Below, one piece after another: positions 45,359-52,701 of a stretch of DNA of 53,818 bases; within the stretch, counting starts at the first letter, position 1; the number at the start of each line of letters is the position of its first letter. The translations under genes and the position numbers were made by a program. This DNA comes from a virus (taxonomy: Duplodnaviria; Caudoviricetes), in IMG/VR virus record IMGVR_UViG_3300042559_000579, positions 1 through 53,818 of that record. One strand, given 5' to 3'. Under the pieces are notes generated by a model. It worked only from the letters and a program-made list of their open reading frames with translations, ran no database searches and was not told the DNA's origin.

Positions 45359-45758
45359 CGTCATCTCCTCTGTCCTCTGCAAAAACGTCGTACGGCGCAT
45401 CGAAGAGCCCGGCGCTCTTTGCCCATTGATACCGCACGCGGAACACCCGGCGCTGATCAGGCCGGAACGTTGACCCCTCGCCGTCCTCATACGCCGCCCG
45501 CACGAGGTTCTTGCGCAGGTCGGACACCGAGATTTCCAGCAGTTCGGCGTACCAGTCCAGGGCCGGCGAGTCGCAGAACAGCCAACGCAGCGCCTGGATC
45601 TGGTCCCTCAGCCGGTTGGCCTTGAACCGCGCTTCGGCCCGCGTCGGCGGCCGACAGCAGTCCTCAATCGCCACGCAGATGATGGCCTGGAGCAGGCGGC
45701 GGTCGGGGCCAAAGGCGTCGAATCGTTGCCTGCCGTCGTCCGCTCTCCAGCCGTCCAT
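45327..45758 (-). CDS. hypothetical protein
   Basis: RLL.AII..AIED..., A..WLF; TGATG coupled to resolvase. Confidence 0.65.
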   Translation of the reverse strand: MDGWRADDGRQRFDAFGPDRRLLQAIICVAIEDCCRPPTRAEARFKANRLRDQIQALRWLFCDSPALDWYAELLEISVSDLRKNLVRAAYEDGEGSTFRPDQRRVFRVRYQWAKSAGLFDAPYDVFAEDRGDDDEAGEDDGSE

Positions 45759-46210
45759 CAGCGCTGCCTCCTCAGCCACTCGGCCAACAAGAGCGCCTCA
45801 GCCGCCCCGTGATCCTTGACCCTCTTCAGTGGTGCCTCGGGCCATAGGCTGCGGGCGGCCAGCAGCGACGACGCCTTGTCCGCGGTCAGGCCCATCGTCC
45901 GCTTCCAGACCCTCGGCTCGGCCAGGGTGACCGGCCACGGCAGTAGGTCGAGAAGGCCCTGTATGGCCCCCACAGCGCGTCCAAAGGCGAAAGTCGAGGC
46001 CACCCCCTGTCCAGGCATGCTGTGGACGCTCTCAAGGGCCGCAACGCAATCGTCTCGGCCGACTGCCTGCAGCAGGTCCTCGCGCCAGCGGCGGACGGTA
46101 ATCCGGCGATCGGCGTTCGGGATTGGCCCGCACGCCCGGAAGGCGCCGTGGTGGTCGATCAGCCCCCAGGCGCCGGACACGAGCCCAGGGTCAACGCCCA
46201 AGATCACCAC
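45758..46210 (-). CDS. ruvC: RuvC-like Holliday junction resolvase
   Basis: ILGVDPG..GA, LE.VHSMPGQGV.STF.FG, P..WK, D.G.AEALL. Confidence 0.85.
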   Translation of the reverse strand: MVILGVDPGLVSGAWGLIDHHGAFRACGPIPNADRRITVRRWREDLLQAVGRDDCVAALESVHSMPGQGVASTFAFGRAVGAIQGLLDLLPWPVTLAEPRVWKRTMGLTADKASSLLAARSLWPEAPLKRVKDHGAAEALLLAEWLRRQR

Positions 46211-46433
46211 GCCAGTCCCCCTTCGCTCCCCGGTTGCCCAGGGCCCACTGTTGCCGGACGTCGCGCTCCAGCGTACTGCCCGGGTGGCGGCGCTGCCATT
46301 CCTGCAGCCACTGCATCGCGCGAGCGCGGTCGGCGATCCGCATCGAAATCAGCCATCTCACCAAGCAGCGATGCCGATGCTCGTCGGAATGCGTCGAGAG
46401 AATAGGGGTGGCAGAGTCGCTCGATGATGACAT
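46191..46433 (-). CDS. hypothetical protein (EHRHRC.VRW..QW..GNRG..GDW family)
   Basis: Recognisable small phage-protein motif. Confidence 0.65.
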   Translation of the reverse strand: MSSSSDSATPILSTHSDEHRHRCLVRWLISMRIADRARAMQWLQEWQRRHPGSTLERDVRQQWALGNRGAKGDWRGDLGR

Positions 46434-46503
46434 TGGACTCGACGTGGTAGTACGCGCACGACTCGCGCATCATGCACCAGCCTCCCATGCATGCGACTGT
46501 CAT
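46204..46503 (-). CDS. Cys-rich small protein (CMGGWC..RESC..YH), overlapping next gene
   Basis: ATGA-coupled to upstream gene; Cys-rich N-terminus. Confidence 0.4.
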   Translation of the reverse strand: MTVACMGGWCMMRESCAYYHVESNVIIERLCHPYSLDAFRRASASLLGEMADFDADRRPRSRDAVAAGMAAPPPGQYAGARRPATVGPGQPGSEGGLAW

Positions 46504-46928
46504 CGCGCAGTCCTCAGCAGTTTGGCCAGCAGATCCTCGGCCGCGTACGCCCAGCGCCGGTACGTCCGGGCCGGCTCGCGCTTGCCGTTGCGGTGGACGC
46601 AATCAGCCGGGTCCATGTCGTAACCGTGCGGCTGCAGCCTCGCCCAGGCCTCGGCCATCCGCTGGGCATCATCGCCCGGCAGGCCGGAGCCGAAATACCG
46701 GCGGGCCCCGAGCACCTCGCCCGTCAGCGGTCCGTACTGGCGCAGCATCGCGTCGGTGATGCCCGGCCACTGCACCGGGTTGACGCCGTCATGGTGCCGA
46801 CAGAACCCAGGCGCCCCGCCACCGGCGGACATCGCCGCGGGGAACGGGCACCCATGCGCCCGGCAGCCCGTGGCCGCTGGCGCGTCTTCCTGCTCGTGGA
46901 TCTTCTTGAGAGTCGCTGCGTAGCCCAT
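46500..46928 (-). CDS. hypothetical Zn-binding protein downstream of initiator
   Basis: C.AHGCP..FC.HH motif; SD AGGAG. Confidence 0.7.
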   Translation of the reverse strand: MGYAATLKKIHEQEDAPAATGCRAHGCPFPAAMSAGGGAPGFCRHHDGVNPVQWPGITDAMLRQYGPLTGEVLGARRYFGSGLPGDDAQRMAEAWARLQPHGYDMDPADCVHRNGKREPARTYRRWAYAAEDLLAKLLRTAR

Positions 46929-46929
46929 G

Positions 46930-47817
46930 TCACTTCTCCTTGCTGTACCGGCCTTCGGCCACCTTGACGAAATTGCTCGGCAGCATCAGCCACTCAAGGT
47001 CTGCCTGCCACTGTCGATCGCTCTTTGCCCGGCCGGTCAGGAAGTCGCTGCGGTTGACCGACTCGAAGAACTCCCGGAACCAGACCACGCCGCCAGCCCG
47101 GTCCCACTTCAGGTCAGCCCAGACCTCGCGCCACCGGCTGCGCATCAGCGCCTGCCGCTTCGGGCTCAGCACCATGACCCTGGCGAGAGTCGGGCAGCAC
47201 TCGTGGTAGAGCTCAACGATCTCAGCGTGCGGGCAGTCAGGTGCCGCAGGCGCTCTTTGGATCGCATGCTCCAAAGTTTTTGGCACATCCTGCAGCCGAT
47301 TTGGTGCTCCAGGCTTGCCCTGGGGCACAAGCTCCGAAGGAGCTATGTTCTTCTCTTGGTTCTTGGTTATTGGTTCTTGGTTCTTGGTTGGCATACGCCC
47401 CCCCATCGCCTCCCCATTGGCCTCCCCATTAGGGGGGCTATAGGGGGGGCATAGGGGGGCTATAGGGGGGGCATCCGTTTGTGCGGGTTTACCCTTGCTC
47501 CAGCGGTTCTCTGCGCCTGCTCGGCCACCAGCGCTCATGCGTCGGTACTTGGCGAGCTCCTCTTCGCAGCGCTTGTGCGTCCAGCCGGCGTCGGTGAGGG
47601 TGAAGAACTCGGTTAGAACAGCCCGGGCGGCCGATCGCTCCTCGGGGCTGCAGGCCATGATGCGGCGGCAGACGCGCTCAAGGTCGATGGAAAGCGGGGA
47701 TTCGGTCTCGTAGTAGAGCTCGATCAGGTCGCGGTAGATCGACCTCTCAAGCCGAGACAAGTGCCGCGTCGCGGCGTTGAAGTCGCCGATGTGGTGCGGG
47801 TAGTAGTGCATAGCCAT
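46930..47817 (-). CDS. replication initiator, YdaU/DUF1376 family
   Basis: MHYYPHHIGDF...T.HLS..E...YR.LI..YY.TE, L.EFF..T..GW..KRC; C-terminal FL.G..W.ADLEWL....NF.KV.EGRY; repeat-rich linker. Confidence 0.85.
   Translation of the reverse strand: MAMHYYPHHIGDFNAATRHLSRLERSIYRDLIELYYETESPLSIDLERVCRRIMACSPEERSAARAVLTEFFTLTDAGWTHKRCEEELAKYRRMSAGGRAGAENRWSKGKPAQTDAPPIAPLCPPYSPPNGEANGEAMGGRMPTKNQEPITKNQEKNIAPSELVPQGKPGAPNRLQDVPKTLEHAIQRAPAAPDCPHAEIVELYHECCPTLARVMVLSPKRQALMRSRWREVWADLKWDRAGGVVWFREFFESVNRSDFLTGRAKSDRQWQADLEWLMLPSNFVKVAEGRYSKEK
47351..47475. repeat. putative origin repeats inside initiator gene
   Basis: (TTCTTGG/TTATTGG)n heptamers, 3x CCCCAT, 4x ATAGGGGGG(G)C-type units. Confidence 0.65.
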
Positions 47818-47842
47818 CCTCTTCCACCCTCAGAGGAGAGCA

Positions 47843-47899
47843 CCGGCAGGCGGAGGAGGAACGCTTTTCGGGCGGGTAGCTACTCCCCCCCTAGCCGGG
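47843..47899 (-). ncRNA. candidate cis-regulatory three-way-junction RNA upstream of the initiator
   Basis: CCGGC(U)AGG/CCUGCCGG outer stem, G-rich/GUAGCUAC/CCGCCC arm, GAAAA joint, GCG-UUCCUCCUC-CGC hairpin with anti-SD loop. Confidence 0.5.
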
Positions 47900-47909
47900 T
47901 CTCGCAACA

Positions 47910-48224
47910 TCATACCCGCCGAGGTCGACCTCCGCGAGCGCCATTGATGGCCGCCACCTTCCTGCGGCGTTGCAGGCGTTCCACCTCGGCCTGCAGTTCG
48001 TGCTGGGTGTACCCGGCGTCAGTCACGTCGAAGAACTGCTCCAGCACCGGTGAGATGCAGTCCCAGTCCAGCCGGATCAGGTCCTGCAGCAGCTTGCGAT
48101 CGCGCGGTAGCGGGCCCTCGCGCTTGAAATACGCGTCGATCATGCGGCGCAGCGCCAGATCCTCCGCGTCCGGCATGGAGGCCATCACGGGCCCCCAGGC
48201 GTCGAGGTTGAAGACGTAGTTCAC
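47910..48224 (-). CDS. second, short DUF1376-like protein
   Basis: EDLALRRMIDAY...E.PLP, VLEQFF..TD.GY, NG.RGGRP. Confidence 0.75.
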   Translation of the reverse strand: MNYVFNLDAWGPVMASMPDAEDLALRRMIDAYFKREGPLPRDRKLLQDLIRLDWDCISPVLEQFFDVTDAGYTQHELQAEVERLQRRRKVAAINGARGGRPRRV

Positions 48225-48430
48225 GACGCGCTGCCGAACAAATCCGGCCGCAGGTCTTCCTTGCGGACGGCGCCGTTGGTCATCTTGCTGATGGCCACAG
48301 CGAGGTACGGGGAGCAGGTCTCCCGCCCGCTGATGATGCCCGACATCCAGGTGCGAGTGATGCCCAGCCTACGGGCCATGATGGCCTTGGAGCCGTGCGG
48401 CTGAGAGTCAAACCATTCTTTGAGAGTCAT
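48221..48430 (-). CDS. Cro/YdaS-like HTH regulator
   Basis: MARRLGITRTWMS.IISGR, T.GAV...DLRPD. Confidence 0.8.
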   Translation of the reverse strand: MTLKEWFDSQPHGSKAIMARRLGITRTWMSGIISGRETCSPYLAVAISKMTNGAVRKEDLRPDLFGSAS

Positions 48431-48486
48431 ATCGGCCTCGTTGTGTGAGTGCATCATACACGATGGCTTTGTTTTTTTATCTAGTG

Positions 48487-48544
48487 TTGCAATCTGCGCT
48501 TACATCATGCTACAGTGCAATCTCATCAACAGCGAAGGGCGGAC
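48487..48544 (+). promoter_or_regulatory. rightward early promoter TTGCAA-N18-TACAGT with ACAGCGAA leader (divergent control region)
   Basis: -35 at 48487-48492, -10 at 48511-48516; AT-rich upstream tract. Confidence 0.7.
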
Positions 48545-48811
48545 ATGCTCACATCACAGGATCCATACAAACGCTACACAAACGCGGTGTCGACCGACGT
48601 GGCCGCCACGATCGCCCGCGAATGGGAAAGGCTGGGCCAGAACCCGCCGGACCTTGACACGAGAGTTCACCGCAATCGTCTCCGAGCGCATGGGTTCGAC
48701 AGCGCGATGGAGGCACGCGACGCAGAGATGCGCCGCATTCTTGACCGCGTCGAACAAGGCGCGGCACAACCCGGCGACATGCTCGCCATCCGAAGCTACA
48801 TGGGACTTTGA
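48545..48811 (+). CDS. hypothetical protein
   Basis: 88 aa; Y.NAVSTDVAAT..REW motif. Confidence 0.65.
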   Translation: MLTSQDPYKRYTNAVSTDVAATIAREWERLGQNPPDLDTRVHRNRLRAHGFDSAMEARDAEMRRILDRVEQGAAQPGDMLAIRSYMGL

Positions 48812-48812
48812 T

Positions 48813-49472
48813 ATGGGACTGACAGCACGACAAACGGGAGGCGGCGGCGACTTCAAGCCCGTCCCCCCGGGAATGCACCTCGCACGGTGCTACCGAATCA
48901 TCGACCTCGGTTCGCAAAAGGGCGAATGGAAAGGCCAGCAGAAGATCTCTCCGAAGGTCATGATCCAGTGGGAAGTCCACAGCGAGGACGACGCCGGCAA
49001 GCCTCTGGTCACCGACAAGGGTGAACCGCTGACGATCAGCAAGAACTACACCGTGTCGCTCAGCGAGAACGCCCGCCTGCGCGTTGACCTCAAGTCCTGG
49101 CGCGGCAGGGATTTCACGCAGGAAGAGCTCAACGGCTTCCATCTGCGCAACGTGCTCGGCGCGTGGTGCATGCTGACCGTCATGAAGACCACCGGCCAGG
49201 ACAACAAGGAGTATTCCAACGTCACGGCCGTCAGCCCGGTGCCGGCCAATCTGCGCCGCATGGGGCTGCCCGAGGGCCACAACAAGACGGCCTTCTTCGA
49301 TCTCGACAACCCCGACATGGCGCTGTTCGACAGCCTGGGCGATAGGCTCAAGGCCAAGATTCAGTCCGCCCCCGAATGGCCGAAGAACTCTCCGGCCGAG
49401 CAGTACCAGCGCGAGCAGAACGCATCTGCGAAGTCGCTGGAGGAAATGGACGACGACATCCCTTTTAACTAG
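48813..49472 (+). CDS. SSB-like / NGO0469-type replication-recombination protein
   Basis: F..VP.G.HLARCY.IIDLG.Q, YT.SL.E.A.LR.DL.SWRG..FT; acidic DDDIPF C-terminus. Confidence 0.8.
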   Translation: MGLTARQTGGGGDFKPVPPGMHLARCYRIIDLGSQKGEWKGQQKISPKVMIQWEVHSEDDAGKPLVTDKGEPLTISKNYTVSLSENARLRVDLKSWRGRDFTQEELNGFHLRNVLGAWCMLTVMKTTGQDNKEYSNVTAVSPVPANLRRMGLPEGHNKTAFFDLDNPDMALFDSLGDRLKAKIQSAPEWPKNSPAEQYQREQNASAKSLEEMDDDIPFN

Positions 49473-49516
49473 AACCGACCTACAATGGTCAGACCTCATA
49501 GCACAGGAGCTCTGAC

Positions 49517-49945
49517 GTGGTCGGTTCTAAGGAGTGTTTCAAGTGCAAGGCCGTCAAACCACTGGAAGGTTTCTACAAACACCCAGAAATGGCGGACGGC
49601 CATCTCAACAAATGCAAGGAGTGCGCAAAACAAGACATCGCAAACAACAGATCAAAAAACCTTGAGCGCATACGCCAATATGACCGGGAAAGATCAAAAA
49701 ACAAAGATCGACTTCGGGCATCAGCCGAAATCTCAAAAGCCTGGAGAGCCCAGGATCTCAGGAGATCAAAGGCGCATAGCGCAGTTGCAAGGGCAATTCG
49801 TTCTGGAGCGTTGGCTCGACAACCTTGTTCTTCGTGCGGAGCCGAAAAGTCTGTGGCGCATCACGAGGATTACGACCAGCCTCTGCAGGTGACTTGGCTA
49901 TGTCAACCGTGCCATGTCGCTCTTCATCGGAAGAACCGTCTCTAG
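49517..49945 (+). CDS. HNH endonuclease with N-terminal zinc finger
   Basis: CFKC...KPL..FYK...DG..N.CKEC; C..CG....AHHEDY..PL.V.WLC..CH. Confidence 0.85.
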   Translation: MVGSKECFKCKAVKPLEGFYKHPEMADGHLNKCKECAKQDIANNRSKNLERIRQYDRERSKNKDRLRASAEISKAWRAQDLRRSKAHSAVARAIRSGALARQPCSSCGAEKSVAHHEDYDQPLQVTWLCQPCHVALHRKNRL

Positions 49946-49952
49946 GAGATAC

Positions 49953-50375
49953 ATGATGGACTTTTCTCTCGCACTCACCCTGCTCAAGCAGGGGTACTCG
50001 GTCAGCCGCGAAGGCTGGAACGGCAAGGGCCTGTCTCTGCATCTGCAGCGCCCCGACGCCAACAGCAAGATGACGCTGCCGTACATCTACCTGGAATACC
50101 CGGCCGGCAGCGCCCGGGTGCCCTGGCTCGCCTCGCAGACCGACATGCTGTCTGACGACTGGACGGTGATCGCTCCCCAAGCCACCGCCAAGGCCCCGCA
50201 AACGGCCCAGGAGGCGCCGAAGCGCCGCGGACGACCCAAGGGTGCAGCCAGGGAGAAAACGCCCGTACAGCGCGATCCTGACGCCCCGTACGGCCGGAAG
50301 AAGGACGGCACGCCCAAGGCACCCCCCGGCCGCAAGAAGGCGGAGCCGTCAGCGCCGGCAGCACCGGCGGCCTGA
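49953..50375 (+). CDS. tad2: Thoeris anti-defence Tad2 / DUF2829 family protein with basic C-terminal extension
   Basis: MDFS.AL..LKQG..V.R.GWNGKG, PW.ASQTDML..DW. Confidence 0.75.
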   Translation: MMDFSLALTLLKQGYSVSREGWNGKGLSLHLQRPDANSKMTLPYIYLEYPAGSARVPWLASQTDMLSDDWTVIAPQATAKAPQTAQEAPKRRGRPKGAAREKTPVQRDPDAPYGRKKDGTPKAPPGRKKAEPSAPAAPAA

Positions 50376-50386
50376 GTCGTGACACG

Positions 50387-50406
50387 GGGGGCTTCGGCCC
50401 CCTTTT
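50387..50406 (+). terminator. intrinsic terminator GGGGGC-TTCG-GCCCCC-TTTT
   Basis: GC stem, UUCG loop and short U-tract after stop at 50375. Confidence 0.7.
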
Positions 50407-50423
50407 GCTGAGGAGTACAGCGA

Positions 50424-50675
50424 ATGGACAAAGACTTCTGCAAGCCGTCAACGACGGGAGAACACGAATGGAAGCCGTGGTTTTCGGGCGGCCACAAATG
50501 CATTTACTGCAGGCAGGAGTGGCTCCCCGCTGAGCCCTGCGTCGATCCCGACGAGATCGAAGCGCACCGGTTTGTCGAGCCTGAGCCTGAGCCGCTGTGG
50601 CCCAAGGTTGTGGGCGTGGTCATTGCGATCATCCTGATTGGTCTGGTGTTCGGTCCTGTGGGGGTGATCAAGTGA
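50424..50675 (+). CDS. hypothetical protein with C-terminal TM helix
   Basis: C..HEW..KCIYC; hydrophobic C-terminus; SD GAGGAG. Confidence 0.65.
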   Translation: MDKDFCKPSTTGEHEWKPWFSGGHKCIYCRQEWLPAEPCVDPDEIEAHRFVEPEPEPLWPKVVGVVIAIILIGLVFGPVGVIK

Positions 50676-51112
50676 GCGCCATCACCATTGACCGCGCACT
50701 GCTGGAGCAGGCGCTGGAGGCGTTGGAGCCCATGCAAAACAATAGGGACGACACAGCCATCCAACGTGCCATCACCGCCCTCCGCGCCGCGCTGGCGCAG
50801 CAGGAGCAGGCAACTGGTAAGGATTCCTTACAAGTTGAGTTCAAAGGAGGGGGGCAGATTGCCACCCCCCTTCAACTGACTACCGATGATCTGGCGTGGC
50901 TTGAAACCCGCCGTCTTGTGCGGATTTGGAAGGAGCTTGGGCAGATACGGTGGACCGGCGCTGATCAAGGCTGGGACAGGGCAATTGAGGCTGTGCGTGC
51001 GCGGCTGGACAAGGAGTGCCAAGACGTCTTGGCATGGAAAGAGAAGGTGGAAGCCAGCGGACAAACCGCTGCGCAACTGTTGCAAAAACTGCAAGGGATG
51101 AAAGATGACTGA
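50672..51112 (+). CDS. hypothetical protein (Nin/Ea-like region)
   Basis: GTGA coupled; LLEQALEALE..AITALRAALAQQEQ module. Confidence 0.7.
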   Translation: MSAITIDRALLEQALEALEPMQNNRDDTAIQRAITALRAALAQQEQATGKDSLQVEFKGGGQIATPLQLTTDDLAWLETRRLVRIWKELGQIRWTGADQGWDRAIEAVRARLDKECQDVLAWKEKVEASGQTAAQLLQKLQGMKDD

Positions 51113-51500
51113 CCTGAGAGAAACCGCACAGCAGTTTGTGAGCGACTACGAGAACGGCGATCTGGGAGACCTGAAGCACTACGCCCGCGCCCTCCGCGCC
51201 GCGCTGGCGCAGCAGGAGCAGGAGCCGGTGGCGTGGGTAGATGAGGCGTCCATTGCGTGGTTGGCTGAACATCCTCGCGGGATCATCACTACGCGCCTTG
51301 TAAAGCAGAAATCGCCTGAGCGCCAGATGGCCATGTATGCCGAACCACCCCGCCGCGAGTGGCAGTCGTTGAGCGAGGAGGAGATCTGGAAAGACGACCG
51401 GATCATGGCCGAAAACGCACGCTGCGGATTGATGATGTCCGACCTGTCAGCACTGGCCCGCGCCATCGAGGTCAAGCTGAAGGAGAAGAACAATGGCTGA
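51105..51500 (+). CDS. hypothetical protein (Nin/Ea-like region)
   Basis: ALRAALAQQEQEPVAW, REW..LSEEEI, ARAIE.KLKEKN modules. Confidence 0.75.
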   Translation: MTDLRETAQQFVSDYENGDLGDLKHYARALRAALAQQEQEPVAWVDEASIAWLAEHPRGIITTRLVKQKSPERQMAMYAEPPRREWQSLSEEEIWKDDRIMAENARCGLMMSDLSALARAIEVKLKEKNNG

Positions 51501-51717
51501 CAAACCTACCGCCCTGCGGCTGGCTGACAGACTGCAATGCAATGTGAGCCGCGGCATTCACTGGGACGCCGCCTCCGAACTGCGCCGGCTGCACGCGGTG
51601 AATCAGGAACTGCTGGAGGCGTTGAAGGACTTGACCACTGCGCAGGATTTAAACGCATACGGTATGGCTTTGCATAACGCCCGCGCCGCCATCGCCAAAG
51701 CGAAGGGGCAAGCATGA
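51493..51717 (+). CDS. hypothetical protein
   Basis: ALRLAD.L, AA.ELRRLH..N.ELLEALK, ARAAIAKA.G. Confidence 0.75.
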   Translation: MADKPTALRLADRLQCNVSRGIHWDAASELRRLHAVNQELLEALKDLTTAQDLNAYGMALHNARAAIAKAKGQA

Positions 51718-51797
51718 AACTCCGCGCCTTTCTGCGCGGCTTCTCCAACGGACTAGCACTGCTGCCGCTGTGGCGGTGGATTAGGGGGAAGACATGA
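51714..51797 (+). CDS. 27-aa amphipathic peptide (MKLRAFLRGFSNGLALLPLWRWIRGKT)
   Basis: ATGA-coupled at both ends, exactly fills the gap. Confidence 0.55.
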   Translation: MKLRAFLRGFSNGLALLPLWRWIRGKT

Positions 51798-52018
51798 AAC
51801 TCACCCCGTGGTTCCCGCCTGATGTCAAGCCTGTGAGGGTGGGGGTGTATCAGAGCAAGGAACTATTTTTGTCGTGGTATCGCTACTGGGACGGCGAGTA
51901 CTGGCACTTCGGAGGTTCAACGCCTATTGAGGCAAAGAGTCATGCCAATACGCCCGGTAGTCGTTTGGAAGAAACGCCGCCAGAACCTTGGCGCGGACTA
52001 GCGGAGGAACCAAAATGA
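51794..52018 (+). CDS. hypothetical protein
   Basis: LTPWFP..VKPVRVGVYQ, YWDG..W, WRGLAE.P. Confidence 0.75.
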   Translation: MKLTPWFPPDVKPVRVGVYQSKELFLSWYRYWDGEYWHFGGSTPIEAKSHANTPGSRLEETPPEPWRGLAEEPK

Positions 52019-52257
52019 CCCGAGAAGACATCCTGCGCATGGCGAGGGAAGCTGCTACTGAAGATGGTTCAATCAGTCGTGACGACGGAAAAAACATTGT
52101 GCTATACGCAGTCAAAACGACGCAATTCCTAGAACGCTTCGCCGCCATCGTCGCCGCAGCAGAACGCGCTGCCTGCGCCGACATCTGCGACCAACACGCA
52201 AGCATTGAAGGCATTGCGCAGCGGTGCGCAGCGGAGATCAGGGCGAGGAACAAATGA
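52015..52257 (+). CDS. hypothetical protein
   Basis: MTREDILRMAREA, LERFAA.VAAAER.ACA, CAAEIRAR. Confidence 0.75.
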   Translation: MTREDILRMAREAATEDGSISRDDGKNIVLYAVKTTQFLERFAAIVAAAERAACADICDQHASIEGIAQRCAAEIRARNK

Positions 52258-52421
52258 GACGCCGCATTCGCAAGATCAAAAACCACCTGTATCCCTGGTA
52301 CGTCTACGCCGCAAGACAGCGCAGGAGGTGGGCATCTGTGCGGGCCAACATGAAGCGCATGAGTGACGCGATGAGAGAAGCATACGCCAAGGCGCGGGCT
52401 GGAATGGCGGGGTTGACATGA
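52254..52421 (+). CDS. hypothetical basic protein
   Basis: ATGA coupled. Confidence 0.55.
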   Translation: MRRRIRKIKNHLYPWYVYAARQRRRWASVRANMKRMSDAMREAYAKARAGMAGLT

Positions 52422-52513
52422 CCACCATCCACTATTGGTGCCCGCTGCATCGGGCGTATGTGCAACGGACAGTGCCAACGGAGTTGGCGTTTAGATTGGC
52501 GGGGATGACATGA
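52418..52513 (+). CDS. 31-aa peptide (MTTIHYWCPLHRAY)
   Basis: ATGA-coupled at both ends. Confidence 0.5.
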   Translation: MTTIHYWCPLHRAYVQRTVPTELAFRLAGMT

Positions 52514-52701
52514 CCTACCTACCCAATGATGTGGCCCGTTGCGCCGGGGCACACAAGCCCGAGTGCGAGGACTGCCTGAGAAATATCAAGGTCAGCCCGC
52601 TGCACCCCGACGCATTCCGCTCTGTTTGGATTGGCCCGTGGGTGCTGGATACGCCTTGCGTATCGAGGATGACAGATGCCGCGCAGCAGCCGTCCTCGTA
52701 A
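52510..52701 (+). CDS. small Cys-rich protein
   Basis: LP.DVARC.G....C.DCLR...C. Confidence 0.65.
   Translation: MTYLPNDVARCAGAHKPECEDCLRNIKVSPLHPDAFRSVWIGPWVLDTPCVSRMTDAAQQPSS

Noticed and set aside
48221-48544. Lambda-type CI/Cro genetic switch
   Set aside because: Only a Cro-like HTH is present; the divergent gene is not a repressor and no integrase is found
48420-48812. N-terminal extension of the 350-aa ORF in the track
   Set aside because: Overlaps the promoter and another gene; the real start is likely ATG 48813
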